A DNA stretch of 64,000 nucleotides from Chloroflexota bacterium (GCA_963662335.2 CAXXVD010000002.1:320001-384000), one strand, 5' to 3'. Positions 20,446 to 30,690 are shown, counted from the first letter of the stretch. Made by a program: numbers and translations. The notes: generated by a model not told the origin, from the sequence alone.

Positions 20446-20572
20446 GAGCCGTTCGCCCTGAGCGGCGTCGAAGGGTGAACGGCGGAGGAAGCGGGTCAAG
20501 TTCCCCCACTCTCCGCTCTCCGTTCATACTTCGACAAGGGCTTCGCGTAGCCCTCAGCACGAACGGAGAGTG
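20446..20572. repeat. CCGTTCG...CGAACGG composite element (reverse orientation)
   Basis: Reverse complement of the elements at 28345-28650 and 51330-51665. Confidence 0.8.
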
Positions 20573-20774
20573 GTGAGTTCGCTTTCAATCGCTTGTGTGG
20601 CCGGCAGACGGCCATGGTGACTACCATGATAGCAACCCGGCAGACCGTGCGCGGGATTGGCGGGTGCGGTACTATCTTTATCTATGGTAAGCCTTTGCAA
20701 CATGGTTGCCAGTGTTGAACGAGTGGCAAGGCAGCGAGATTTTGTCTCCAGATTAGAAAGGATCGGCGAGGCCG

Positions 20775-21767
20775 ATGGCAATTAGGGTTGGCTTGGTGGG
20801 CGTGGAACAGCACGTGCCGCACGTATTCGCGGGCATCGATGAATCGGATGAACTGGAACTGGCGGCGGTGGCGCGGGCCGGGGCGCGCGCGGACGAATTG
20901 GCGGAAAAATACGGCGCGCGGATATACGACGACCACGCGCAGATGTTCGCGCAGGAGCAACTCGACGTGGCGGCGGTCTGCCTCATTCCCGTCGACCAGG
21001 GACGGGTGGTGATCGATGCGCTCGAGGCGGGTTTGCACGTCACGGCGGATAAGCCGCTGATGATCAGCCAGGAAGAGCTTGACGCCACCGTGGCGCTGGC
21101 CCGCGCCCACCCGGAGCGCAAGGTGGGGCAACTCTTCACCCTGCGCGGCCGGCCCGGTTATGCCAAGTTGCGCGAGATCGTGCGCGGCGGCGGCATCGGC
21201 GAGGTTGTCCAGAGCTACGGCCTGCGTTCGGCCTTGGAGAAGCGCGAAGTCCGCGCGCCGTGGTTCTTCGACGAGCGGCTCTCCGGCGGCCCCATTCCCG
21301 ACCTGCTCATCCACGACATCGACGCGCTGCGCTGGATTACGGGCCTGGAATACACCCACGTGCTGGCGCGGGAGTCGAATTTTGCCCGCCCCGACGACCC
21401 TTACTACCGCAACGCCGGCCAACTCTTCTTCCTGCAAGAAGGGAACGCCACCGCCATCATGGAGCACCACCGCCTGGTGAGCCCGTCTTTCGCCGGCATG
21501 GACTGCCGCATGAAGGTGGTAGGCGCCGACGGCCAGGTGGAGATCACGGCCACGGGCGAGGTGATTCTCTACAATAGCGGCCACGCCGGCCAGGTGACCG
21601 ACCTGCCGGCGGAACAGAACGTGTTTGCCGATTTCGCGCTCCAGGCGTGCGCCGGCCAGGAGCCGCTGGTGGATACGGCCGGCGCGTTGCAATCCATGCA
21701 GGCGGCGCTGACGGCCAAGACGGCCGCGGACGCCGATGCGCTGGTGGCGATTCCGCAACTCTCGTAG
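20775..21767 (+). CDS. Gfo/Idh/MocA family oxidoreductase
   Basis: VGLVG, HVTADKPL and SGGPIPDLLIHDID motifs. Confidence 0.88.
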   Translation: MAIRVGLVGVEQHVPHVFAGIDESDELELAAVARAGARADELAEKYGARIYDDHAQMFAQEQLDVAAVCLIPVDQGRVVIDALEAGLHVTADKPLMISQEELDATVALARAHPERKVGQLFTLRGRPGYAKLREIVRGGGIGEVVQSYGLRSALEKREVRAPWFFDERLSGGPIPDLLIHDIDALRWITGLEYTHVLARESNFARPDDPYYRNAGQLFFLQEGNATAIMEHHRLVSPSFAGMDCRMKVVGADGQVEITATGEVILYNSGHAGQVTDLPAEQNVFADFALQACAGQEPLVDTAGALQSMQAALTAKTAADADALVAIPQLS

Positions 21768-21841
21768 AACGCTTGCGCTGCGCGGCCAGGGTCAATTGAA
21801 CGTGTCCGCAGGCAAGCTGCCAAGCCCTCGCATGGACAGGC

Positions 21842-22245
21842 TGGCCTTCGACAGGCTCAGGCCGAACCGTAGGGCCGCTCCTCGTTTCCATTGAGCGAGG
21901 GTCTCACCACTGAAGCCCGCTGGCCTTCGACAGGCTCAGGCCGAACGGTAGGTGGTGCCGTTTTACGCGCATTTGGAACAATGGACGCGGCATAGGGGTG
22001 GCTTGGCCTTCGACAGTTTCAGGCCGAACGGAATTACATCCAATTCGCAGTCCCTCTTGATCACTCTCCTGGGCAGATAGGGGTGTGTATTCAATAGCCG
22101 GCTTAACGTGTCATTCCGAACGGAGCGCAGCGGAGTGAGGAATCTAGAGCGCAGCGGAGTGTCGAACCCTGTTCGCGGATTCTAAAGCGCAGCCTAACAA
22201 GGCCGGCATCTCTAGATTCCTCGCTGCGCTCGGAATGACATTTAC
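21842..22245. repeat. Three TGGCCTTCGACAGGCTCAGGCCGAAC units plus a TGTCATTCCG element
   Basis: Units at 21842, 21921 and 22004; doublet element at 22109-22240. Confidence 0.8.
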
Positions 22246-22353
22246 TATCCATTGTGAGCCTCTCCTGGCGGAGAAGGTTAGGGTAAGGCGGAATCCACAC
22301 GCCGCCGCCTATGTGTGTATAATCCAGTAAACCCACCTCGAAAGGAGCATGGC

Positions 22354-23637
22354 ATGGCAATCAAGAGTCCTGCGGACGTCAGCTTGGCGGTAGACGGCGG
22401 CACGGCGGTGCGGAGCGCGGACAATCCGCTGCCGCAAGTGTTCCCGCGCTATGTGCCGGAGAGCGCCTACGACAACGTGCGCGCGGTGCTGGACGGCGGC
22501 GTCGCGAGCAATCTCATCGGCCGCTTCGAAGAGGCGTTTGCCGAGGCCACCGGCACGAAGTATTGCGTCTCCATCGCGAACTGCACGGCGGCGCTGCACT
22601 CGCTCTACGCCGGCCTGAGAATTGGGCCCGGGGACGAAGTCGCGGTCAGCCCCATCACCGACTTTGGCACCATCGCCGGCATCGTGGCGCAGGGGGCGAT
22701 TCCGATCTTCCCGGACGTGGACGTGCGCACGGGCAACGTCACCGCCGAGACGATCGCCAAGGTGCTCTCCCCGCGCACGAAGGCGATCGTGGCCGTGCAC
22801 TTCTACGGCCTGCTCTGCCCTATGGAAGAGATAGTGGCCCTGGGCAAGAGCAAGAACATCACCGTCGTCGAGGACGTCTGCCAGGCGCCGTTGGCAAACT
22901 ACGCGGGAGAGTCCGTGCGCGGCAAAGCGGGTTCGCTGGGCGACGTGGGCGGCTTCTCGTTCGACGCGGAGAAGCACCTGACGGCGGACCACGGCGGCGC
23001 CGTGACGACGGACAGTGAGGAAGTCGCCGCAAAGGTGCGGAGCTTTGCGCTCACCCGCGGCGCCGTCTCGCATCCGAACTACGGGCGCAAGCACGAGACG
23101 TTCGGCCTGAATTACCGCTTCGGCCAGTTCCAGGCGGGTCTGGCGTTGGCCGAGCTTGGCGTGCTGGAGGAGCAAAACGAGCGGCGGCGGCAGGGGGCGG
23201 CGCACCTCAGTGCGCTGCTCGCCGAGATCGACGGCCTCACGCCGCCGTACACGCCGCCCGGCAGCGACCACATCCACTGGCTCTACCACGTGCGCCTCGA
23301 CCTGGACCAGTTCCGCTGCTCCATTTGGGACTTTGCGGAGGCGCTGCTGGCCGAGGGCCTTACCCCCGGCGCCGGCCCCGCACCGTATTACCTGGTGCCC
23401 GATAGCCACGTCTTCATGCAGGATAGGGCCCACGTGGCCGGCCGGTCCGGCTGGCCGTGGGACCATCCCATGAACGAATTTGCCAAGGACATCGAGTACA
23501 GCGCGGACACGTGCCCCGTGGCCAAGGAGCACGTGGATACGACCATCCGCTGGACGTGGACCGACAAGCACTCCGCCGCGGACATCGAGGATATGGCGAC
23601 GATGTTCCAGAAAGTGGCGGAGTACTATCGCGTGTAG
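22354..23637 (+). CDS. DegT/DnrJ/EryC1/StrS family PLP-dependent aminotransferase
   Basis: NCTAALH, GPGDEV, TKAIVAVH, EDVCQA, FSFDAEKHL (PLP lysine) and GLNYR. Confidence 0.9.
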   Translation: MAIKSPADVSLAVDGGTAVRSADNPLPQVFPRYVPESAYDNVRAVLDGGVASNLIGRFEEAFAEATGTKYCVSIANCTAALHSLYAGLRIGPGDEVAVSPITDFGTIAGIVAQGAIPIFPDVDVRTGNVTAETIAKVLSPRTKAIVAVHFYGLLCPMEEIVALGKSKNITVVEDVCQAPLANYAGESVRGKAGSLGDVGGFSFDAEKHLTADHGGAVTTDSEEVAAKVRSFALTRGAVSHPNYGRKHETFGLNYRFGQFQAGLALAELGVLEEQNERRRQGAAHLSALLAEIDGLTPPYTPPGSDHIHWLYHVRLDLDQFRCSIWDFAEALLAEGLTPGAGPAPYYLVPDSHVFMQDRAHVAGRSGWPWDHPMNEFAKDIEYSADTCPVAKEHVDTTIRWTWTDKHSAADIEDMATMFQKVAEYYRV

Positions 23638-23718
23638 GCTGCCTTCCGTCATGAGCGCAGGAGGTGTATGACACCCCGCGTGTCTCTGTAGCACGTCTTG
23701 CGATTAGCAGAACAGCAG

Positions 23719-23749
23719 AGAGAGCGTAGGTTTGAAACCTACGCTCTCT
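23719..23749. terminator. Hairpin between convergent genes
   Basis: AGAGAGCGTAGGTTT-G-AAACCTACGCTCTCT palindrome. Confidence 0.55.
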
Positions 23750-23836
23750 TATTTCGTACGCTAGCTACACGCGGAAGCGAACGAAAGACTTCATCGCGGG
23801 TGCAGGGTGAGCCTTGCTTGGGCCCGCGCAATGGCG

Positions 23837-24022
23837 CTAGTCTTCCTTTTTGCTCGCCTGAAGGAAGTATCCCTCCAGCAGCCCCTCGATGCGAGAAAAT
23901 CGGTTGGACAAATCGGAGATGCGTGTTTCGACACCATATAGGCGTGTCTCAAGACGCCATATGAGTCCCGCGATTGCCACGACGGCAACCGCCAATGGGC
24001 CTATTAATTCGTAGGATTCCAC
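23837..24022 (-). CDS. Small membrane-anchored coiled-coil hypothetical protein
   Basis: GTG start; ESYELIGPLAVAVVAIAGLIWRLETRL...RFSRIEGLLEG gives one TM followed by a heptad pattern. Confidence 0.55.
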   Translation of the reverse strand: MESYELIGPLAVAVVAIAGLIWRLETRLYGVETRISDLSNRFSRIEGLLEGYFLQASKKED

Positions 24023-24149
24023 TATTCTTGTCCCTTGTCTCTTGCCAATCCGGCGTTTGACGCCAAGACTGCGCATTCCCGCTCTTTCGCTAATTGCGGC
24101 CGCCAACGTTGCAGACCGCTGACGGCAGGCAGGCGCTGTGCGCCATGCC

Positions 24150-24452
24150 CTACGCGAATACCGGGATGCGCCTTGGCTCTACGAGATACGTATCCGGCAA
24201 GACGTGGTACTGCTGTGCGGGCACTGGACGAGCGGATGGGTGCAATACGATGCCGTGATCCGCAAAGAATCGCTCGCGTTCACCAACGCTCTCCATGGTG
24301 TCGAGCGTCAAAGCCAGCAACTCTTCCAGGCCCGCGCGCGCTTCATCGAGGCTGTCACCGCAGTGCGCGACACCCAGTTCCTCGCAGTCGCCGACCCACT
24401 GCCCCTCTTCTTGGAAGAACCGCAACGTAAGAATCACATAACTCGCTGCCAC
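24150..24452 (-). CDS. HicB-family antitoxin
   Basis: FFQEEGQWVGDCEELGVAHCGDSLDEARAGLEE, a HicB-type N-terminal domain; GGAGG RBS before the GTG. Confidence 0.75.
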   Translation of the reverse strand: MAASYVILTLRFFQEEGQWVGDCEELGVAHCGDSLDEARAGLEELLALTLDTMESVGERERFFADHGIVLHPSARPVPAQQYHVLPDTYLVEPRRIPVFA

Positions 24453-24601
24453 TGTGCGCCTCCCTGCCAACCGATGCGCCCGGCTACCTGTGCCTCGCGT
24501 CTAATTGTACTGCATTCCGCTTGGTATCAGACGCCCGATTCGGGACCCCTGTAGTAAGCCGACCAAACGGCAGATCTCCGCGCCCAGGGTCGGCGCGGGC
24601 A

Positions 24602-24835
24602 TCACTGCGCCTCCGGGTTGCGGTCGATTCGCTCCAGTTGGTAGAGCACGGCTCGCGACCCATCGGCCAGGAGCAAGTCGCGGCGCTGGGCGTAGCGCAC
24701 GCGGCGGCTCATTCGCAGTTCCAGCGAAAACGCCGTCTCTTTCGCTTCGGGATACGTGCAGCGGAGCGCAATCACCACCCGCTTGACCGTGTGGGCCAGG
24801 CGTTCTAGATGAAGCACGGCGAGGTAGTCTCTCAT
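24602..24835 (-). CDS. Hypothetical protein (77 aa)
   Basis: ATG 15 nt downstream of the sulfatase stop; no recognisable motif. Confidence 0.4.
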   Translation of the reverse strand: MRDYLAVLHLERLAHTVKRVVIALRCTYPEAKETAFSLELRMSRRVRYAQRRDLLLADGSRAVLYQLERIDRNPEAQ

Positions 24836-24850
24836 AGGAGGTTTCCCATG

Positions 24851-26443
24851 TCACGCGTGGCTCTGGCGTCTGGGCATCCGGTTGTCGGTGCGGATGAGTT
24901 CCTCCATCAGGCGTATCTTCAGTTCGCCTTTCAGGTTTTGCGCGGCCGGCTCGTGCCAGAGGTTGTGCAACTGCCCAGGATCATTCACGGCGTCAAAGAG
25001 TTCGCCGTAGTCCTGCTCGCCGTCGTCGCCCACGTAGACCGTCAGCTGGTGGGTGTCGGTAACCAGCGTGCGCAGGCGCAGGCCGATGTAGTCCTCGTCG
25101 TTCTCGATGATGATGGCGTCCTGCACGGTGTCTGCCGCGCCGGTGAGCAGCGGCGTGAGCGGGCGTCCCGGCCAGGCCGCCATCTGCCGCTCCGCCTCCG
25201 GCTGGGGCACCCCTTTCATAAACGGCGGCCCGTACTCCGGCACGTCCACGCCCGCCAGGTCGAGCAGCGTGGGCGGGATGTCCAGGTGCGACACCAGGCT
25301 CCGCGAGACCTGACCCGCCGGGAAGCGCGCCGGCCAGCGCCAGATGGAAGGAATGCTCAACATGCCGTCGAAGTGGAACGGCCCTTTGTTCAGCAGCCAG
25401 TGGTCGCCCAGCAGGTCGCCGTGATCGGCGGTAAAGACGATCACCGTGTTGTCGGCCAGGCCCAGTTCGTCCAGCGCGTCCAACATGCGCCCCACTTGCT
25501 CGTCGATGAACGAGACCATGCCAAAGGTGATGGCCGTAATTTCGCGCATGTGCGCGTCGGGCATCTTGGTGGCCGTGCGCCGGCCGGACGTCCACTGGTC
25601 GGTCTCGTACATCAGGCGCATGTGGGGCGGCAGGTCGTCGAGTTCGTTCTCGCGCCGCGTCGGCGGCGGGATCGAATCCCGGTCGTACATGGAGAACCAC
25701 GGGTCCGGCGCGGCAAACGGGTGGTGCGGATCAGGAAACGAGGCCCACAGCATGAAAGGCTGCTCGCGCTGGGCAGCATCCCGCAGGTACGCGATGCTGC
25801 GGTCGGCAATCCACGTGTTGTAGTGCAGTTCCGGCGGCACCTCGATGCGGTATGATTGCTCCGCGCCGCTGGCCGCGGGCGTGGATGCTTGGCGATTCCA
25901 GTAAGGCAGCACGTCCGGATGCTCGCGTTCCAGCCAGTGGAAGTGTTCGCCCGGAATGCCGGGGCCGTGGCCGATGGTCAACTCGGTGCCCGCAAAGCCG
26001 TAGTAGGGCGACGGCAGCTTGGAAATCTTGCGATTGTGCCACATCCAGCGGATTTCGGGAAAGTCGAGCGGGTCCAGGGTCTCCGGGTCTCTGCCCAAAG
26101 GCTCGCCCGCCACGCGCACGTGAATCTTGCCAATCTTGTACGTGTGGTACCCGGCGTCGGCCAGCGCGCCCGTCACGGTGGGAAACGCCGGGTCAAGGTC
26201 GATGCCGTTGGTGCGCACGTTGTGCCCGCGCGGCGTGAGACCGGTGAGCAGCGTCGAGCGGGACGGCATGCAGAGCGGATTGTTGACGAACGCCCGCGTC
26301 AGCAACGCCCCGCCGGCCGCCAGCCGGTCAAGGTTGGGCGTCCGCAAGGGCGTCTCTTCCCGCCAGGGATGCCACGCACAGCGCATGGTGTCGCCGCGCA
26401 TCTGGTCGGTGAGGATGATGAGGAAATTCGGTCGCTCGCTCAT
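24851..26443 (-). CDS. Formylglycine-dependent sulfatase-like hydrolase
   Basis: RPNFLIILTDQ, CMPSR (CxPxR), GKIH, PDPHHP and ADHGD motifs; AAGGAG RBS before ATG 26443. Confidence 0.92.
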   Translation of the reverse strand: MSERPNFLIILTDQMRGDTMRCAWHPWREETPLRTPNLDRLAAGGALLTRAFVNNPLCMPSRSTLLTGLTPRGHNVRTNGIDLDPAFPTVTGALADAGYHTYKIGKIHVRVAGEPLGRDPETLDPLDFPEIRWMWHNRKISKLPSPYYGFAGTELTIGHGPGIPGEHFHWLEREHPDVLPYWNRQASTPAASGAEQSYRIEVPPELHYNTWIADRSIAYLRDAAQREQPFMLWASFPDPHHPFAAPDPWFSMYDRDSIPPPTRRENELDDLPPHMRLMYETDQWTSGRRTATKMPDAHMREITAITFGMVSFIDEQVGRMLDALDELGLADNTVIVFTADHGDLLGDHWLLNKGPFHFDGMLSIPSIWRWPARFPAGQVSRSLVSHLDIPPTLLDLAGVDVPEYGPPFMKGVPQPEAERQMAAWPGRPLTPLLTGAADTVQDAIIIENDEDYIGLRLRTLVTDTHQLTVYVGDDGEQDYGELFDAVNDPGQLHNLWHEPAAQNLKGELKIRLMEELIRTDNRMPRRQSHA

Positions 26444-26705
26444 GGGATGCTCCTTTTGCCGGTTGAAGAATCTCGCACTGGCATAGTCTTGATGGTCTTG
26501 AGGGACTTCACGTCTCTGGATTCTTACCCGCCGTGCGTGCGGTATGTGTTCTTGTAGAGAGTATATACCTGCTGCTGTGCTGCGTTGTGCCTCGGCGGCG
26601 CAAATCCGTTGTCTAAAGTCGGGGAATTGGTGGCGCCACAGAGTCAATGTGGTTGCGTCTCTCGTGTTCTCTTTGACCATGCAAAGTCCATGCCGTGCAG
26701 AACAG

Positions 26706-26893
26706 ATGGATTCCCGCGCAAGCGGGAATTGTACGTGTCAGGTAATTCGTTGACAGAATTCACCTTCCCCGAGGCAACGGTGGCGGCGGCTGTCATTCCG
26801 AGCGCAGCGAGGAATCTAGGGCCATACCGGAACAAGCTCCCAGGCCTCAGCACTCTAGATTCCTCACTGCGCTGCGCTTCGTTCGGAATGACA
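26706..26893. repeat. REP half-site plus TGTCATTCCG doublet element
   Basis: ATGGATTCCCGCGCAAGCGGGAAT and TGTCATTCCGAGCGCAGCGAGGAATCT...CGGAATGACA. Confidence 0.8.
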
Positions 26894-27164
26894 GTAAAGA
26901 CTGCTCTGCGCTGCACTTGGTTCACACACTATTTCCAGCGATATTGTCAACGAATTAGTCAACACTCACAGGGAGGAATGACGGCATGGTTTCCCTTTCC
27001 TTGACAGTTTCCCAGTGGATGTTGCCGTCAGGAGCGTCCGGCATTGTAGCCCGCGCGGCATACGCATATAATTGCCGCAATGCGTTATCTTGGCGCGGGC
27101 CGCAGCGAGTGCGACCGTTGTATCGCGCTTTGGCCGCGCCGCACTGCAAGGAGCGAATTTCCCC

Positions 27165-28205
27165 ATGAGTACCGCGCGCCGGGCCAGACTGGCCTTCATC
27201 GGCTGTGGCTCCTTTGCCACCGCCTCGATCTTTCCCCAGATTCAACTCATTCCCGAAATCGATCTCGTTGCCGTCTGCGACATCGAAGAAGAGAAGGCGC
27301 AGCGCAACGCCCGCAACTTCGGCGCGCGCCGTGTCTACACCGACATGGAAAAGATGCTGGATAGCGAAGAACTGGACGGCGTGTTCACCATTGGCCCGGC
27401 GCCGCAGCAGTACCGGCTTGCGCCGGTCGTGCTCCGGCGCGGCCTGCCGGTGTACGTGGAGAAGCCGTCGGCCAACACCTCGGCGGAGGCCAAGGAACTG
27501 GCCGAACTGGCCGAGGCCAACGGCACGTGGGGCCAGGTGGGCTTCATGAAGCGCTTTGCCGACGTCTACCGCATTGCCAAGGAAGTCATCGGCCGTCCCG
27601 AATTCGGCGGCCTGCACGTGCTCAAGGTCAAGTTCGGCCAGGGCAAGTACCCGCAAATCTGGGGCATCGACTCCGCTAAGCGCGCCTTTCTCATCGGCCA
27701 GTGCGTGCACATCTTCGACCTGGTGCGGTTCTTTGGCGGCGACGTGCGCGCCGTGAACGCGCTCTACTACGAGGTCGGCCCGCAGAACTTCTCCTATCTC
27801 ATCAACCTGGAGTTCGCGAACGGCACCGTCGGCCACATGGACATCAACACCCTCGATTCCAAGGTGGGGACCCGCGACATCATTGAGACGCTGGAACTCA
27901 TCGGCATGGAGACCCACGTGGTCTGCGAGGATATGATGAAGGTCAAGTACCAGCCGCAAGAGGCGTGGTCGGACGCGGCGCCGCGCCTGGGCCGGTACAA
28001 CTTCACCCTTGAACCCTCGTGGACCGGCCTGTCGATCAGCAAGCGCAACTTCGGCTACACCGGCGAGGTGGAGCACTTTGCCCGCCGCTGCCTGGGCGAG
28101 GTGAGCGCCGGCCCCGACCTCTGGGATAGCTACAAGGCGCTCACGTTTGGCGAGGCGGTGTACAAGAGTTCCCACGGCGGCGGCCGCGTGCTGGTGGAAC
28201 AGTAG
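27165..28205 (+). CDS. Gfo/Idh/MocA family oxidoreductase (tandem copy 1)
   Basis: FIGCG, VEKP, VGFMKRF and HIFD motifs; start ATG 27165. Confidence 0.9.
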   Translation: MSTARRARLAFIGCGSFATASIFPQIQLIPEIDLVAVCDIEEEKAQRNARNFGARRVYTDMEKMLDSEELDGVFTIGPAPQQYRLAPVVLRRGLPVYVEKPSANTSAEAKELAELAEANGTWGQVGFMKRFADVYRIAKEVIGRPEFGGLHVLKVKFGQGKYPQIWGIDSAKRAFLIGQCVHIFDLVRFFGGDVRAVNALYYEVGPQNFSYLINLEFANGTVGHMDINTLDSKVGTRDIIETLELIGMETHVVCEDMMKVKYQPQEAWSDAAPRLGRYNFTLEPSWTGLSISKRNFGYTGEVEHFARRCLGEVSAGPDLWDSYKALTFGEAVYKSSHGGGRVLVEQ

Positions 28206-28289
28206 GCGCCCGCGCAGACGAATGCTCGGCTCTGCAGAATCTGGAAATTGTCGCTGCGCGCTGGGCAAGCCGGCCCCGCAGCGCGCAAG

Positions 28290-28675
28290 AGGCGGGGGAC
28301 AAGCCCCCGCGCTACGGCCGCACAAGGGAATGAAAACGCCCGCACATCTCTCCGTTCGTGCTGAGGGCTGCGCGAAGCCCGTGTCGAAGTATGAACGAAG
28401 AGAGGCGCGTTCGGAGTTGCTACCCGCTCAAGCCGCCGTTCACCCTTCGACGCCGCGAACGGCTTGCTAAACCTATATTCAGAGTTTTGACCGTGATCCC
28501 GCGCCGGCCACACGAGGGAATGGAAACGAACGCGCGTCTCTCCGTTCGTGTTGAGCGTGTCGAAGTATGAACGGAGCGAGGCGCGTTCGGAGTTGCTACC
28601 CGCTCAAGCCGCCGTTCACCCTTCGACGCCGCTCAGGGCGAACGGCTCAGTTGCGGCTATTTTTGGAGTATTGAC
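28290..28675. repeat. GTAG-type REP plus two tandem CCGTTCG...CGAACGG composite elements
   Basis: Duplicated CGCGTTCGGAGTTGCTACCCGCTCAAGCCGCCGTTCACCCTTCGACGCCGC segment; similar to 51306-51690. Confidence 0.85.
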
Positions 28676-28854
28676 GGTTCAAGTTATTTCCTTAACCAGT
28701 AGGTGACATGCGTGTTGCGTGCACGCGGCATTGATGCGCTTGCATCCTGGGAATATAATTACCCCAATACTCTTGACGGTGCGAAAGGACTTTTCTCGAT
28801 CGTTGCCCCGCAAAGCAATTGCACCGTATCCGCCAATGCAAGGAGTGAACTCCC

Positions 28855-29895
28855 ATGAGTACCGAACGCCGCGCCAGACTGGCCTTCATCGGCTGCGGTT
28901 CTTTTGCCACCGCCTCGATCTTTCCCCAGATCCAGCTCATCCCTGAAATCGATCTCGTTGCCGTGTGCGACATCGAAGAGGAAAAGGCGCAGCGCAACGC
29001 CCGCAACTTCGGCGCGCGCCGCGTCTACACCGACATGCACAAGATGCTCGATACGGAAGAGTTGGACGGCGTCTTCACCATCGGCCCCGCGCCGCAGCAG
29101 TATGAACTCGCGCCGGTGGTGCTTAATCGCGGCCTGCCGGTCTACACCGAAAAGCCGTCGGCCAATACCTCGGCGGAAGCCAGAGAACTGGCCGAATTGG
29201 CGGAAGCCAAAGGGGTCTGGGGCCAGGTAGGCTTCATGAAGCGCTTCGCCGACGTGTACCTCATCGCCAAGGAGATCGTCTCCCGGCCCGAGTTCGGCGA
29301 CCTGCACGTGGTCAAGACCAAGTTCGGCCAGGGCAAGTACCCGCAGATTTGGGGCATCGATTCCGCCAAGCGGGCGTTTCTCATCGGCCAGTGCGTGCAC
29401 ATCTTCGACCTCATGCGCTTCTACGGCGGCGACGTGCAGGCCGTGAACGCGCTCTACCACGAGGTGGGCCCCCAGAACTTTGCCTACCTCATCAACGTGG
29501 AATTCACGAACGGCATGGTCGGCCAGATGGACATCAATACGCTCGATTCCAAGGTGGCCTTTCGCGACATCATCGAGAACCTGGAATTGATCGGCCTGGA
29601 GAAACACGTGGTCTGCGAGGACATGCTGAAGGTCACGTACCAGCCCTATGAGGAATGGACGCAGGAGAAGCCGCACCTGGGCCGCTACAACTATACCGTC
29701 GAACCCGCGTGGAATAGCATCGCGCGGAGCCAGATCAACTTCGGCTACACCGGCGAGGTGCGCCACTTCGCCCGCCGCTGCCTGGGCCTGGAAACCGGCG
29801 GCCCCGACCTGTGGGATAGCTACAAGTCGCTTACCTTCGGCGAGGCGGTGTACGAGAGTTCCCACGGCGGCGGCCGGGTGGAGGTCCAGCAGTAG
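28855..29895 (+). CDS. Gfo/Idh/MocA family oxidoreductase (tandem copy 2)
   Basis: Same length (346 aa) as copy 1 and highly similar to it. Confidence 0.9.
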   Translation: MSTERRARLAFIGCGSFATASIFPQIQLIPEIDLVAVCDIEEEKAQRNARNFGARRVYTDMHKMLDTEELDGVFTIGPAPQQYELAPVVLNRGLPVYTEKPSANTSAEARELAELAEAKGVWGQVGFMKRFADVYLIAKEIVSRPEFGDLHVVKTKFGQGKYPQIWGIDSAKRAFLIGQCVHIFDLMRFYGGDVQAVNALYHEVGPQNFAYLINVEFTNGMVGQMDINTLDSKVAFRDIIENLELIGLEKHVVCEDMLKVTYQPYEEWTQEKPHLGRYNYTVEPAWNSIARSQINFGYTGEVRHFARRCLGLETGGPDLWDSYKSLTFGEAVYESSHGGGRVEVQQ

Positions 29896-29994
29896 AATTG
29901 GCCGCTCGGTTGGGTAGGCGCTTAGTTGCCGGTCAGTGGAAAGTCAGTACAGGCAGCGTAGGCCCGTTGCGCAGGAGGTCTAGGCTCTTGCCGT

Positions 29995-30237
29995 TCACAC
30001 TTTCGTTCCGTACATTACGGAACTAGGCAGTCTCGGCTCGTAGTCTCTTCCGATCTCCTCGATTAAGTAGGGGCCGCGGCCAAACTTCTGAGCCGCCTGA
30101 TCGGCGGCGATTTGAAAGGTGTCGTACACTTCCAGGAACGTGTCGCCGCAGATGACGACCCACTTGCCTGGATGCTTGGCCTCAAGCTCGGCACGATTGT
30201 CTTCATATGTGGCGCATTCTCTATCCAGGATAGCCAT
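29995..30237 (-). CDS. DUF5678-like small protein
   Basis: MAILDRECATYEDNRAELEAKHPGKWVVICGD...YDTF..A...FGRGPYLI; GAGGAG RBS. Confidence 0.65.
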   Translation of the reverse strand: MAILDRECATYEDNRAELEAKHPGKWVVICGDTFLEVYDTFQIAADQAAQKFGRGPYLIEEIGRDYEPRLPSSVMYGTKV

Positions 30238-30690
30238 GAGAGCACTCCTCTTGCTCCTTGCGCGCCTTACCTTTAGACTACTAAATCCTACACCGGATTG
30301 TCCCCCGCTCACGGAGTGGCCCTTTGGCAAACCGCAAGCCGCGCATACGAACCGGCCCATGGCCGTTCGCGGCATCGCTGCAATGAGGGTTTACAATGGT
30401 ATTCTGACGAGAGAGTGCTATACTCTAGGAACGTGCGATGTGCGCAAGACTTACCGTCTTCGGCGGCTTGCAAGCGGCTGTACACGTAGGTGTTCTCATG
30501 GCCTGACCAAAGTCTGAACGTTAAGGTATGGTCCTCTGGTAAGCCAAAGCGTGGCAGACCATCATGCGATGCCACGCCACCAACTGAGGAATCCGCACGA
30601 CTCTCCTAAACTACACTGATCACTCCTGCGTGTTGTTTCCCCAAATTGCCACTGCGATCCACCTGGCGGAATTCGGCAGAGAAACCTACA

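Noticed and set aside
21842-22031. Three ~27-bp repeats with unique ~52-56-nt spacers (mini-CRISPR?)
   Set aside because: The unit belongs to the dispersed CTTCGACAGGCTCAG..GAACGG family, spacers are long and uneven, and there is no leader or cas gene.
26444-26680. Long N-terminal extension of the sulfatase ORF
   Set aside because: The RBS and family start (MSERPNFL) are at 26443; the upstream sequence is AT-richer and shows no recognisable homology.
30240-30690. Possible ncRNA or small ORFs in the AT-richer intergenic region
   Set aside because: No convincing stem, RBS-linked ORF or known RNA motif found by eye.
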